Shown piece by piece: positions 11,895-24,815 of a DNA stretch of 64,000 nt; positions within the stretch are counted from its first letter, which is position 1, and every line of letters begins with the position of its first letter. Where the stretch lies: contig JAQGDQ010000611.1 of NCBI GenBank assembly GCA_030141605.1, positions 62,001 to 126,000 of the forward strand. The letters run 5' to 3'. This DNA comes from Tubiluchus corallicola (Eukaryota > Animalia > Priapulida). The notes below the pieces were generated by a model, which was not told the DNA's origin, did not search any database, and worked only from the letters and a program-made list of their open reading frames with translations. The position numbers and the translations under genes were made by a program.

Positions 11895-13300
11895 TTAGTG
11901 AGTGAGTGAGTGAGTTAGCGAGTGAGTGAGTGAGTGAGTGAGTGAGTGAGTGGGTGGGTGAGTGAGTGAGTGAGTGAGTGAGTGAGTGAGTGAGTGAGTG
12001 AGTGAGTGAGAGAGTGAGTGAGTGAGTGAGTGAGTGAGTGAGTGAGTGAGTGAGTGAGTGAGTGAGTGAGTGAGTGGGTGAGTGAGTGAGTGAGTGAGTG
12101 AATGAGTGAGTGAGTGAGTGAGTGAGTGAGTGAGTAAGTGAGAGAGTGAGTGAGTGAGTGAGTGAGTGAGTGAGTGAGTGAGTGAGTGAGTGAGTGAGTG
12201 AGTGAGTGAGTGAGTGAGTGAGTGAGTGAGTGAGTGAGTGAGTGAGTGAGTGAGTATGTAAGTAAGTAAGTAAGTAGGTAAGTAGGTAAGTGGGTAGACA
12301 AGTAATTAGGTAAGTAAGTAAATAAGTGAGTAAGTGAGGAGTGGGAAAGTGAGGAAGTGAGTAGGAGGATGAGGGAGGAGTGAGGAGGAGGAGTGAGTGA
12401 GTAGAGGGAGTGAGTGAGTGAGTGAGTAAGTGAGTGAGTGAGTGAGTGAGTGAGTGAGTGAGTGAGTGAGTGAGTGAGTGAGTGAGTGAGTGAGTGAGTG
12501 AGTGAGTGAGTGAGTGAGTGAGTGAGTGAGTATGTGGTAAATAGTAGTAAGTAATAAGATGGTGGAGGAGTGAGTGAGTGAGTGAGTGAGTGAGTGAGTG
12601 AGTGAGTGAGTGAGTGAGTGAGTGAGTGAGTGAGTGAGTGAGTGAGTGAGTGAGTGAGAGAGTGAGTGAGTAAGTGAGTGAGTGAGTGAGTGAGCGAGTA
12701 AGTGAGTGAGTGAGTGAGTGAGTGAGTGAGTGAGTGAGTGAGTGAGTGAGTGAGTGAGTGAGTGAGTGAGTGAGTGAGTGAGTGAGTGAGTGAGTGAGTG
12801 AGTGAGTGAGTGAGTGAGTGAGTGAGTGAGTGAGTGAGTGAGTATGTAAGTACGTAAGTAAGTAAGTAGGTAAATAAGTAGATAAGTAATTAGGTAAGTA
12901 AGTAAATAAGTGAGTGAGTGAGTGAGTGAGTGAGTGAGTGAGTGAGTGAGTGAGTGAGTGAGTGAGTGAGTGAGTGAGTGAGTGAGTGAGTGAATGAGTG
13001 AGTGAGTGAGTGAGTGAGTGAGTGAGTGAATGAGTGAGTGAGTGAGTAAATGAGTGAGTGAGTGAGTGAATGAGTGAGTGAGTGAGTGAGTGAGTGAGTG
13101 AATGAGTGAGTGAGTGAGTAAATGAGTGAGTGAGTGAGTGAATGAGTAAGTGAGTGAGTGAGTGAGTGAGTGAGTGAGTGAGTGAGTGAGTGAGTGAGTG
13201 AGTGAGTGAGTGAGTGAGTGAGTGAGTGAGTGAGTGAGTGAGTGAGTGAGTGAGTGAGTGAGTGAGTGAGTGAGTGAGTATGTAAGTACGTAAGTAAGTA
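11895..13300. repeat. 1.4-kb (GAGT)n microsatellite
   Basis: Directly visible. Confidence 0.97.
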
Positions 13301-13943
13301 ACACGTCAATGGACTTAAGTGTGGGAAACGGAAAAGGAAACGGAAACACATAGAAGCAGCTTTGGAGAAAATGTAGAAAGCTAATGATCACGTCTTCCTC
13401 CTCCCTCCTCCGTACTGTTACTCATATCATGATATGAACCACAGTATTTACGATAACGTACACGTGTTGTTTCACTGTGAAATAAACAAATTTAATTCAA
13501 TTCTTTAATTAATAAAGAATCATAAAAACAATAAATTTACGTATTTATTTTAATTTTCTGATAAATCAAAGGTAACAAATGATGTTTCTCTTCCTGCTCT
13601 TTGCTGAATTTGAAAACTCTAAAAATTAACGATACACATAATATAACACCACTCTTTATAAACTTTCCCCAATATGGCTATTTTGGTCACGTGTCACGGG
13701 GTGCCTTGTTTACGATATCGCTGTTCTAAGAGGTGCTACAAGAGATATCACCTCTATAAGAGGTGCCGCTCGGTTATTTAACACTGTATTTGCTGATCAA
13801 AGCGCATTTATCACAAATCTTTCAGACTAAAACGTTTTGTTTCACATCATTAAAAAGTTAGAAATCAGGTTAGTAGAAACATCATATTTGAAAACTTACA
13901 AACGCCGAACAGTCGAATAAAGAATGAAATTTTCCAATTATCT

Positions 13944-14670
13944 TTAAAGAAAGACAGGATGATTTTTCATATAGTACAACATTTTCCAGTCTGATAAAAA
14001 GTATACATTTTAACACAATTAATGCTGCAAAAGCGTTTCTGATAATTAAATTATAGATTAAAAACATAATTCACGTCGGTGGAGCCCAACTATTTGTGAC
14101 ATCACAAGCTAACATTTTTCAACAGCAAAAATATTCCACGTTGTTGCACCGGTTTGCGAAAGAGTAACAGTGCTACTGTAAGAGATTCACTGTGTTGTAC
14201 TAAAATAAGTCAAGTTTTAAGATAAAAATTCAAATTTCAAATTTACCGCTGTGCTCATACATGAGCAGTTGAATGTGCGTAGTTCGTCACAACCTAAAAC
14301 ATCTGAACTGAGAGGTACAACACCTTTGTGTTTCCGAAATGCAGGCGCAAGTGCCCGTCTAACTATCGAATGGCGAAATGCATGTAACAGTGAAATTACT
14401 GTTTGAAATTTAAAATTGAACTTTGAATTTTTATCTTGAAACTTACCTAGTTTTGCTAAAACACATTGAATACCTTTTGTAACACTGTACTTGAATTTTT
14501 GCTTTCACAAACACCGCGTAACACGCTCGTGGAATATTTTTGGTGTTGAAAATTATGTTAGTTTGTGACGTCATCAATAGTTGGGCTCGCCCGCCGTTAA
14601 TTAAGTTTTTAATCTATTATTTAATTATCAGAAACGCTTTTGCAGTATTAATTGTGTTAAAATGTATACT
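13944..14670. mobile_element. Two family A fragments in inverted orientation
   Basis: 13944-14400 on the minus strand, 14401-14670 on the plus strand; further fragments at 29350-29545 and 43215-43475. Confidence 0.72.
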
Positions 14671-15729
14671 CAATCACATATGTACAGTTTTGCTGTACAT
14701 CTTTCTTTTTGTCCATTTTGCTACATGCTATCTTTCCCTTGCATGTCCTTTTACCCTAATATCTAATTTTCTGTGATTTTTTAGATTTTTAACATTTTCT
14801 GCTGTAGTTTGAACTTCATTGCATTTGCGTGTGTGCGTGCGTGTGCGTACGTGTGCGTACGTGTGCGTGCGTGCGTGTGTTGCTTCTCCATGCTTCCTTT
14901 ACATTGGCATATGTTTGTATAGATGTCTGCATACTCCTTCCCACTGAAGATAAGTAAAAGATTGCGCAGACAAAATGGCTGATTTTTAAGATTACGCAAT
15001 GCATGGAGTAGTTCAATTCCTTGCTTGCAACAGCAATACTTGCGGAATCGTTTTCGAAAGCTACCGTTTGTATATTGTTATTATGCATTTCTTGACAGTG
15101 AATAACTCGAAGACCAAAGTACCAAGAGTCTCCAAATTTGCAGGGTAGTCACCTGAGGTAGGGGTGAGGCAAGGATGAAGTGACCTTCGACCTCTGTAAT
15201 ATTTTTCGTATTTTAATGCTCTTAATAAAAAAGTTGTTTCTTTTACAATACAGTTAAGTGCATTTATAATTCAAAGCTTCAGGCAACAATGGCTGACGTA
15301 TTCGCAAAAATTAGTTTTCACCAATGGAGGAAAGATGACGTAATAAGTTCACAAGTACTGTTAGTAACTCGCTCAAATTGTCAGTAGTAACATCACACCT
15401 TACCAGTGCTTTTATAACGCTGAAAGTCAATTCATTTTGTTGGGTAAATTCTGTGATACTATTCTCAACGCTAAATAATACAACAAAGTAGCAGCGCCTT
15501 AGGTTCAAATTCGAGGTTATTAATCAGCGAAATCTGCCGGCGAATCACAGAATAAACAATTGAGCGTCATATTGCTCAAACTCTATGACTCGAGGCGCAG
15601 TGACAGCTTTAAGATTTTGTTAACGGCAACAGCAACGTTATGAACTGAGAGCTGAAATTTCGAAATTACATTTGTCTGCTTAGATGATGATAGCAAAGAC
15701 AGCGATAAGCATAACAGCAACATTACCAA

Positions 15730-15949
15730 GAACAACAACGGCAACAGCAGCACCAAATGCAACAGCAACATCAAGTGCTACAACTGCAACAGGGAAAGAC
15801 AACACCAACAGCAATAAAGATTAATGACAATGATAACGATAACCATAACCACAAACAACAACAACAAAACAGCAACAATAACAATAAAAGCAACTGGAGG
15901 AGCAGCAGCAGCAGCAGCAGCAACAACAACAACAGCTACAACAACAGCT

Positions 15950-15991
<42 letters not shown>

Positions 15992-16202
15992 CAACAACAA
16001 CAACAACCACAGCAACAACAACACAACAACAACAACAACAACAGCTACAACAACAACAACAACTACAACAACAACAACAACTACAACAACAACAACTACA
16101 ACAACAACAACAACAGCCACAACAACAACCACAGCAACAACAACAACAACAACAACAACAACTACAACTACGACAACCACAACAAACAACAACAACAACA
16201 AC

Positions 16203-16243
<41 letters not shown>

Positions 16244-16310
16244 AACAACAACAACAACAGCTACAACAACAACAAAAACAGCAACAACAACAACAACAAC
16301 ATCAACAACA
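15730..16310. repeat. (AAC)n/(AGC)n microsatellite
   Basis: Directly visible. Confidence 0.95.
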
Positions 16311-16772
16311 TTCAGATGATTTAAGATTTGGGCGAGCCTTCGACCAAAAATAGGACACAAGTAATTATTCTAGCGTGATTATACAATAGATTCTGCAAAT
16401 GAGCTCAATTGCCGAAAAGAGTGAATTTTCACGTTCAAAAACGCATTAGTCTATAAATGTCACATCGCCAACGTACGCATAATAATTACACGTATTTCCA
16501 GGCAAAATCCCAGGTTCAAGCTGAGAAGACACGGCGATGCGCAATACTTAAAAATTTGCGCTTTCGCAGCTGGACGCAGACATTAATTGTAGACATTTGT
16601 CGTCAAAACGAAACCTGAAATGAATTCTACTAATGCTGTGACGTTTTGTCGATCGTACTCTTGCGTAAATGAGACAAAAATTAATAACGCACAAATCATT
16701 AGTTTTTGTAAGTACAATTCACATTATTTTATTGAATAACTTTGCAATATTTTCGTAAAAAATGCTTTTTAC

Positions 16773-17112
16773 ATTGCTAACATTTGATTGTTAGCTGTCT
16801 GGATGTCTGAAAGGTTAAATAGGTAAATTTAGAACCTATTATTGCTAACATTTGATTGTTAGCTGTCTGGATGTCTGAAAGGTTAAATAGGTAAATTTAG
16901 AACCTATTATTGCTAACATTTGATTGTTAGCTGTCTGGATGTCTGAAAGGTTAAATAAGTAAACTTAGAACCTATTATTGCTAACATTTGATTGTTAGCT
17001 GTCTGGATGTCTGAAAGGTTAAATAAGTAGACTTAGAATCTATTATTGCTAACATTTGATTGTTAGCTGTCTGGATGTCTGAAAGATTAAATAAGTAAAC
17101 TTAGAACATATT
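16773..17112. repeat. 68-bp minisatellite x5
   Basis: Unit starts at 16773, 16841, 16909...; internal GCTAACA/TGTTAGC inverted repeat. Confidence 0.95.
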
Positions 17113-17342
17113 ATGCTTAAAATAAATATAACTGCTTTTTAAAGTAGTTTTTATTCTGAATTACACAATTTGGGGCGGGGGGCATAATCTTTTCAGTGCA
17201 TAGGGGGTCTTGCGGTCTTAATCCGACCCTGCTTTAAGCACATTTCAGCGTTGGACTCATTTCAGTTTTTGACCAAGCGACACATCCCTACAATGTCTGC
17301 ATCCAGTTGAGAGCGCGCAACTTTTAAACATCGCCGTTTCTC

Positions 17343-17964
17343 TTAATGGATGACAGGATGTTTTTTCATACACTACCCCATTTTCACGTCCGATAGAAAG
17401 TATACATTTAACACAGTTAATACTGCAAAAGCATTTCTGATGATTAAATAATAGATTAAAAACTTAATTAACGGTGGGCGAGCCCAACTATTGATGACAT
17501 ATTAAACTAACATTGTTTTCAACAACAAAAATATTTCACGAGTGTGATGCACGTGTTTGCGAAAGCGAAAGTATAGTGCTACTGTAAAATATTCAGTGTG
17601 TTGTACTAAAACTAGGCAAGTTTTAGGATAAAATTCAAATTTCAAATTTACCGCTGTCCTCAGAGCATGAAGTGTCAATAGTGTGTAGTTCGTCACAAAC
17701 TAACACGTTCGAATTGAGAGGTAGAGCACCTGTTTTTAGTGCAAAGCGTTTCCGAAATGCAGGTGCTAGCGCCCGTCTGACTAGAGAATGGCGAAAGGCA
17801 TGTAACAGCGAAGCACTAGTGGCGCAAACGTGAAATTGTATTTGTGTGGTAATAATTCTTTCACGTGAGTTATTTTTGAAACAAAATAGTATGTTTCCTT
17901 TCAATATTTTAAAGAGTAGATTGCTTTCACCTACAGTTTAAGATTGGACCCGGTTTTGCTTTAA
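17343..17964 (-). mobile_element. Kolobok-like family A, full length
   Basis: TTAA at both ends; reverse complement of the 56962-57579 copy. Confidence 0.78.
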
Positions 17965-19287
17965 TACCACCTTCATCAGTGAGCATTGTTAATGTGCAAT
18001 TTAATTTCCTAAAACTTATTTAAATATTGAAATGTATGCTTTTGTGAAATGTCAAAAGTAACAGTTTTTGCTGCCCAAGTTTTTAGCATCCTACGACTAC
18101 ATCACGTATAAGTTTTAGTAATCATGCACTAAAAACTTTTATAAATCACCCATATATCAAGCCAAGTAACTCGCAAGTGTGTTCAGACTAGAGAGCAAAA
18201 CTTGCTGTGAGTTACTCTCCAGCAGTAAGCACGAGCTGACACTCCCTTATCTATTCACCACGAGAAATCTCGAGAGTAACTCGACGAGTCATTCACACTA
18301 GACAGTAACTTGCAAGTGTGTTCAGACTAGAGAGAAAAACTTGCTGTGAATTACTCTCCAACAGTAAGCACGAGCTGACACTCCCTTATCTATTCATAAG
18401 TGTCGAGAGTAACTCGCCGAGGCGTACACACTTGGCAGTAACTCATGGAAAATCATCTCGCAGAAACTGTGGAAGAGTTTGCAATTTCTTGCCGACAGTA
18501 ACTCACAAACCAGTTCACACTTGCGAGTTACTGCCAGGCAAAATATATACAATGCTAAAGAGGGATAACTCATACTTCTTCACTAGTAATACCACACCCT
18601 GCTAATAGCTGCTAATCAATTCAGTTGGTTAATTGAGTCAAAACACTTAATATCGCAAACTGAGTCTATTAGGCAGTGCCTACTACAGATAAAATCACAG
18701 TCATCCTGGTTTACACATGACAATTTCTCCTAATTTTTTGCGGTTTCTTAGCACATTAATATTTAAAGCTCTCGCAGCCATTGCAGTGCATACTAAACTA
18801 AATAGTGATGACTCATACTTCTTCACTAGTAATACTACATTCGTCCGCTATTATTACCTGAGCACAAAATTATAACATTTCTAGTAACAATTTCCTTATT
18901 TATATTATCTATATAGTGGGAGCTCTTTATCAAATCGATGCTGTGCTTGTAATTAAGAACTTCAGAACTCTAAAATTCCACTAAGAAGCAGTAATTAAGA
19001 AAAAACTTACCTGTTTTTGACGAATGCGAAAATGAATGGTGACGATTTTTTGCTCCCGAACTTGTCGAAGATTTTTTCAGAAAAAGCAATCAGTGCAGGA
19101 TTCAGTAAACTTGATTACCGGCAGGTTAGCTGAAGTACAAAGATGCTTAGAGTGTAATTAGGAAATACTGCCTCCACGGAGGCACATCTTAGCTGCGCGC
19201 GCAGCGGACTTTCTCCCACGCCTCACCTATTGCTTCTAGCGTTGGCATAAGTTTACGAGGAAAGAGATTTTTACAAGTAAGATGAGA

Positions 19288-19533
19288 GGAGACCGGTAAT
19301 AAAGTCACAGGTAAAAGAGTCACAGGTAATAAAGTCACAGGTAAAAGAGTCACAGGTAATAAAGTCACAGGTAAAAGAGTCACAGGTAAAAGAGTCACAA
19401 GTAATCACAATTTTCGAACAAATTGTGAATGACTTGAATATCTTTGTGAGATTACAAATTTCTTTCTTGCTCAAAATTGTGATTTTTTTCCGGCCACCGT
19501 AAATTAATCGACTTTTTCCTGTGACTTTTTCCC
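19288..19533. mobile_element. DNA-transposon-like remnant with 15-bp subterminal repeats
   Basis: (GTCACAGGTAAWARA)x7 plus an inverted CCTGTGACTTTT at ~19518. Confidence 0.5.
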
Positions 19534-19603
19534 TAAGCAAAATTGTGATTGAATTATCCATATTTGGCAGATAGATGTAACTATGTCAATTAATGAAATT
19601 TAT

Positions 19604-19642
19604 TGCCGACTGGTTTCGAATAAACTGTTCATTGTCAAGGCA
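19604..19642 (-). ncRNA. Minimal hammerhead motif of a different family (U3-A8 core), overlapping AATAAA
   Basis: UGCC-UUGACAA-U-GAA/CAGUUUA/UUC-GAAAC-CA-GUC-GGCA. Confidence 0.62.
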
Positions 19643-19882
19643 TCTAAAACAAAGAATTTACCAGAATTTAGAAACAACGTCGTAATGCAGTTCAGTAGTT
19701 AGATAGGCAAAAGATATATGATATAATATTATATAGATAGTTTAAAAAAATGTTACACTCCAGGCAAATTGTTAAATTATCTATATGCTATATCGTATAC
19801 CTGGTTTAATCATATAGAGGACCTAGCTTAGTTTTGTTATCTATTCTGCACATTCGGGAACATGCATATTCAAATTTTGCTC

Positions 19883-20511
19883 TTAAAGGAAAACCAGACA
19901 CCCATCTTAAATTATATATAGCTCAAAACACTCCACCCTTATAGGGTGGTTTGTTTTGAGCTATATAAACAATATAAGATATTGAAAGAAACATACTATT
20001 TTTTGAAGAATGAGTTACGTGAAAGAATTATTATCAAAACGGTAAATACGCGTTCGCACGACTAATTTTTCGCTGTTACATGCATTTCACCACTCACTAG
20101 TTAAATGGATACTAGCACCTGCATCTCGAAAACGCCTTCAGTCGCTGTACGTCTTAGTTCAGAGGTGTTCAATTGTGACGTACCGCACACGTTCGAGAGC
20201 TCATGCGTAAGCAAAGCGGTCAACTTCAAATTGAGTTTTAAAAATAAATTTTGTCGAGTTTTCGTATATCACACTGAATGTACTTCAATTTTGGCTTTCG
20301 CAAACACGTACAACACGGTCAGGGAAAACTTGTGCTGATGAAAATTATGCTCAGTTATGACGTCATCACTAACTGAACTCACCGGCCGTTAATTAAGTTT
20401 TTAACCTGTTATCAGAATTAGTTATCAGAAACATTTTGACATTAAAATGTATACTTTCTACCGTACTTCAAAATGGGGTAAGATATGAAAAATCATCTTG
20501 TTTTCCTTTAA
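19883..20511 (+). mobile_element. Kolobok-like family A, diverged
   Basis: TTAAAGGAAAACC...TTTTCCTTTAA; homologous body. Confidence 0.7.
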
Positions 20512-21129
20512 AGTAACTTGCAAAGATTAATATATTATTGTGCAGCCATTATTATTCATTATGACACTTGTTTTGCAAAGGAAAGCAAACTAAGTCTACT
20601 GTACTGACAGTTACCTTGAACTTTTCCAGTTTTCAACAATGTCATCTTACTAAGTTTAAACCAACTTCTCTTAGAATTTTATCACACAATTAGTAGGTTC
20701 CCCGATTTTTAAATGAAGCCATATTTATTGGCTGTGCACGTTAACAACGCATGTTATTTGCTTTAAAATCTCATTTATGAAGTTAAGCAAAGTGTTATTT
20801 AAATTCTTTATTACGTTATGAATATTTAAAATGATGAATTACTGACCGAAAGAACAATATTAGCTTCTTGAAATCTCTTTCTATTTCTGTTTCTGTTTGC
20901 TTTCAGTGTTGGCAACTTGCCAAAATCTAAATTAAACTGATCAAAGCCGGATTTTTCTATAAAGATCAATTTCGCCGCATCTCAAATAATTACCCCACCC
21001 CAGCAGGTGTGAGTTACAAAGCGGAAATAATTATTTTACCTGTTAGGTAACCTCTAGTTCATGATGCTTCAGGTGTTAAGTGTCAGCCTACACACAGTAG
21101 AGTATAAGTCAGTGATTAAAGTAACCTCG

Positions 21130-21538
21130 AACCAACTCACTAACCAACCAACCGATCAAAACGAAGCAAGCAACCAACCAACCAAGCATTCAACTAACCA
21201 GTCGGCTAGCTAATCATTCAACCAGCAAACGAAGCAGCTTTAATCCCTCAAACTAACCAGCAAAATTATCAACCTACCCACCAACGAACCATCTATCCAA
21301 CGAGCCAGTCAGTTAGCCAATCAATCAACAAAGAAACCAGATAGCCAATCAACAAACCAAATCAACCATGCAGCTAGCCAAGCAACCAATCAACCAACAG
21401 GACAGCAAACTACCCAAACAAAGAAATGCACATTCCACAAGCAAACAATTGGCCTGCTAGCTATCAGTTAGTTAGTCAGTGAGTCTGCCAATCAATTAAT
21501 CAATCAATCAATCAGTCAATCAATCAATCAATCAATCG

Positions 21539-21594
<56 letters not shown>

Positions 21595-21770
21595 GTCGAT
21601 AAATCAATCAATCAATAAGTCAGTCAAGCAATCAATCAATCAGTCAATCAAATAATTAGTTAGTTAATCAGTTAGTCAGTCAGTCAGTCAATAAGTCAGT
21701 CAGTCAGCCAACCAGGAAGTTAGTCAGTTTGTTAATCAGTCAGTTAGTCAACCAAACAAGCAACCAAGTA
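21130..21770. repeat. Degenerate (AACC)/(AATC)/(AGTC) microsatellite
   Basis: Directly visible. Confidence 0.85.
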
Positions 21771-23329
21771 AAATGCAATTAATAGTTGAGGAAAAATCTA
21801 AACCTTTGTCCTTAGTTTAACTGCAGCAACTGTTGTAACTGTTAAACATATTTTAAAATTATTTCTTTAAAAAAGCCAACGGAATATGTCACACCCTCAC
21901 AGTGCGTTTCCTTTTTATAGTCTTTATTTTCTTGACTCGCCTCCAGGGATACACCCACTTAACTAAGATAAATAAAATCTTGAAGCCAAACAGAGCTTTT
22001 CATTGACAATATAACTTGACTTAAAATTCATGATCGATGACAACGATTATGATGGTGGTTGTTATGGTGTTGGTGGTGGTGGTGGTTTTGATAGTGATGG
22101 CGATGGTGATGATGATGATGACGTTACAACGGCGGTTTAGCAAAATGCATGATTTCATACTGCCACCCCTCACGTAGGAATTGGTCTAGTCCATTACAAG
22201 GTCATTTTCAAGCCTAGTATGGATGAACTTAGTCCCTTGGACTAGTCTAGTAACATTCCGAATACTTGTTTCCGCGAGCCGGCACAACAAATTCAAATAT
22301 AGTGTGGTTTTCCAGGTAGTGCCAGGTAGTGCCAATTTACATTCAATGTATTTTGCGAATAACACTAAAAGACCCTTATAAGTTGCAAATAATCTGAAAC
22401 CAAAACCTCTCTTCTTTTTATGTTGTCAAGAGTTTTAATACTGGACGAGACAAGTACTCGGCCAATTTTGTAGTGTGAACGAAGCTTAAGATAGTTCCAA
22501 ATTTAATAATGAAAGCAATAAGTCGTTTTCTTTAACACATCCAAATTCGCTAGAATCTTTCTAGTTTTACTTAAAATGTTACTAAAGGAAAGTGTACATC
22601 TGCCTGCATCGCATACCCTATACCTGTTTGTTACAGTTTCAACAATTTTAGCCGTAATTCTGTTCTTTCTTTCATGTGTGACAAAAGTAAAACATGCGTG
22701 TAGAATGAGAGTAAATCCAGAACCCTCGTCACACCGTATCATAAACTTTAATTTACTCTGTTCGCAAAGCCCCCGAGCAGCGCACGACAATCAGCTCTCA
22801 CCGAAAAAGAAGTAATTTCGTCTTTGCCAGATCTAGCGAGCCTACGTAATCTCCTATTGCACACACCGTGCTTGAAATGAAATTTTTCATATACGAGAAA
22901 TAATGTATGTCGCGTTAGCGTCACATAGATCTCGGTGAAGCCATTTGTAAATTTATGCGAGAAGACGACGGGTTACCCGAAGTGGTTTGTGTTACGCCTC
23001 GTTGAGCACGAATTCGCTGTCTCAAGTGCGATTCTTAAGCGTCAAAATTCGACAAGAAAAACTACAGAAAAGCTGTAAATTTTTACTGATTCGTATGATA
23101 ACGTCAACTGCTGTTATTTTCGGAGAATTTCTCTGCATATCAAGTTTATGTAAACCGAGTTAGTCGCCCCAAGTAACTGCCATTTTCTAGTTTCCGCGAA
23201 GTTCGCCTACTTGCGTTTCTACTGATCTGATTACAGCGCTATTTAAAAAACACGCGTTCCATTGATTATAATTAGTAACCGGTTTTAATTAGTTAATTAA
23301 CGGCGCGGTACTGTAAAATAGATTTGTTA

Positions 23330-23935
23330 GTTTAAACATAATTTATTTAAGATTGGATCAGACAGTTTGAACAACATGATTTAGGAACCTCACCACAACA
23401 GACTTTATACAAGAACATTTACAGTAAAAATTGACTATAACTACACAAGCTAACAAGTTTTACTACAAGATTACATTAGATATTAGTAACATTTACAGTA
23501 AGAATTGACTATAACTACACAAGCTAACAAGTTTTACTACAAGATTACATTAGATATTAGTAACATTTACAGTAAGAATTGACTATAACTACACAAGCTG
23601 ACAAGTTTTACTACAGGATTACATTAGACATTAGTAGAAAATGACGGTTAGAAAATATTAATGTACGATTATTTAAGACTGATGCATTTTATATCAGATA
23701 GAAACTAATGGAAGCGTTTAGTACGTAATATAAAGTCATGTATGCATTGGAATATTTTACAGTTAGCAACATAGTTAAATTCATCTTTTCCGAATAATAA
23801 CAACTTTAACAGATCATTAGTTCCTAAGGCAGCTATATTAAGGTTTTCGGGCAGAAGTATTTCATTTAATTTATCAAACATAACAACCCTAGTTTGTTGA
23901 TACAATGGGCAGTTCAACAAAATAGATTTGTTTAA
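23330..23935 (-). mobile_element. CR1/L2-like LINE 3' end
   Basis: LLNCPLYQQTR...LLLFG...IFQCIHDFILRTKRF* resembles the CR1-group ORF2 C-terminus. Confidence 0.75.
23414..23635. repeat. 74-bp tandem repeat x3
   Basis: Unit starts at 23414, 23488, 23562. Confidence 0.92.
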
Positions 23936-24059
23936 AATAGTCGTAAAGAAATGCGAAGTAAAGAATTGACCTGACACGCCTATTTAGCTGAGAATACTTG
24001 GCACAAAAAATTAAGAAGGATGACAAAAGTTGAACAGAGTTGCAGAAGATCTACAGTTT

Positions 24060-24815
24060 TGCATACTAGTTCCAGTTTCTGCAGTTTTTTCGGAAAAAGG
24101 ATCTGATATCATTTCCAAGTTGCTCCACGACAAAAAAGCTGTTAATTTAAAAACTCTAGTTCTTTTAACTTTGTAAAAAAGGAACTAATTCCATTCCCAA
24201 GTTCCTCCGCGACCAATGGGACTAATTCAACGTTCCCAGATACCCTAACGTTTTAGAAAGGGAACTAGTTCCAGTCCCGGTTCCTCCGTAATAAAAGAAA
24301 CTAATTCAAAGATTCTAGATCCTCTAACTTTGCAGAAAAGGAACTATTTCCAGTTCCGGGTTCCTCCATGACAAAAGGAATCAATTCAACATTCCTAGCT
24401 TCCCTAACTTTTTAGAATGGAATCTATTTCAAGTTCCAGTTCCTACGTGACAAAAGGAACTAATTCAAAGTTTCTAAATCTTCTAACCTTACAGAAAAGT
24501 TCCAGTGCCGTAACATAGGGAACTAATTCAAAGTTTCTAGTTCCTCTAAATTTTAGAAAAGGAGCTAGTTCAACATTCCTAGTTACACTAACTTTTTAGA
24601 AAGGGATCTAGTTCAGATTCCGAGTTCCTCCGTGACAAAAGGAACTAAGTCAACATTTCTAGCTTCCCTAACTTTTTAGGAAAGGAACCGGTTCCAGACC
24701 CGAGTTTCTCCGTGACAAAAATAACTAATTCAAAGTTCCTAGTTCTTCTAAATTTTAGAAAATAAACTAGTTCCATTTTGTTGTAATGAACTAGATCCAG
24801 TTTTAGAAGGAACTA
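24060..24815. repeat. Degenerate ~79-bp tandem repeat with GGAACTAGTTCC palindromes
   Basis: About 9 diverged units with recurring GGAACTA(G/A)TTC and GTTCCTCCGTGACAAAA. Confidence 0.8.

Noticed and set aside
11915-13391. Long ORFs (THSL repeats), and similar ones at 4380-5035, 15757-16360, 26131-26769, 27734-28554, 34870-36383 and 43977-44840
   Set aside because: Translations of microsatellites or low-complexity DNA, open in several frames; several lie in introns
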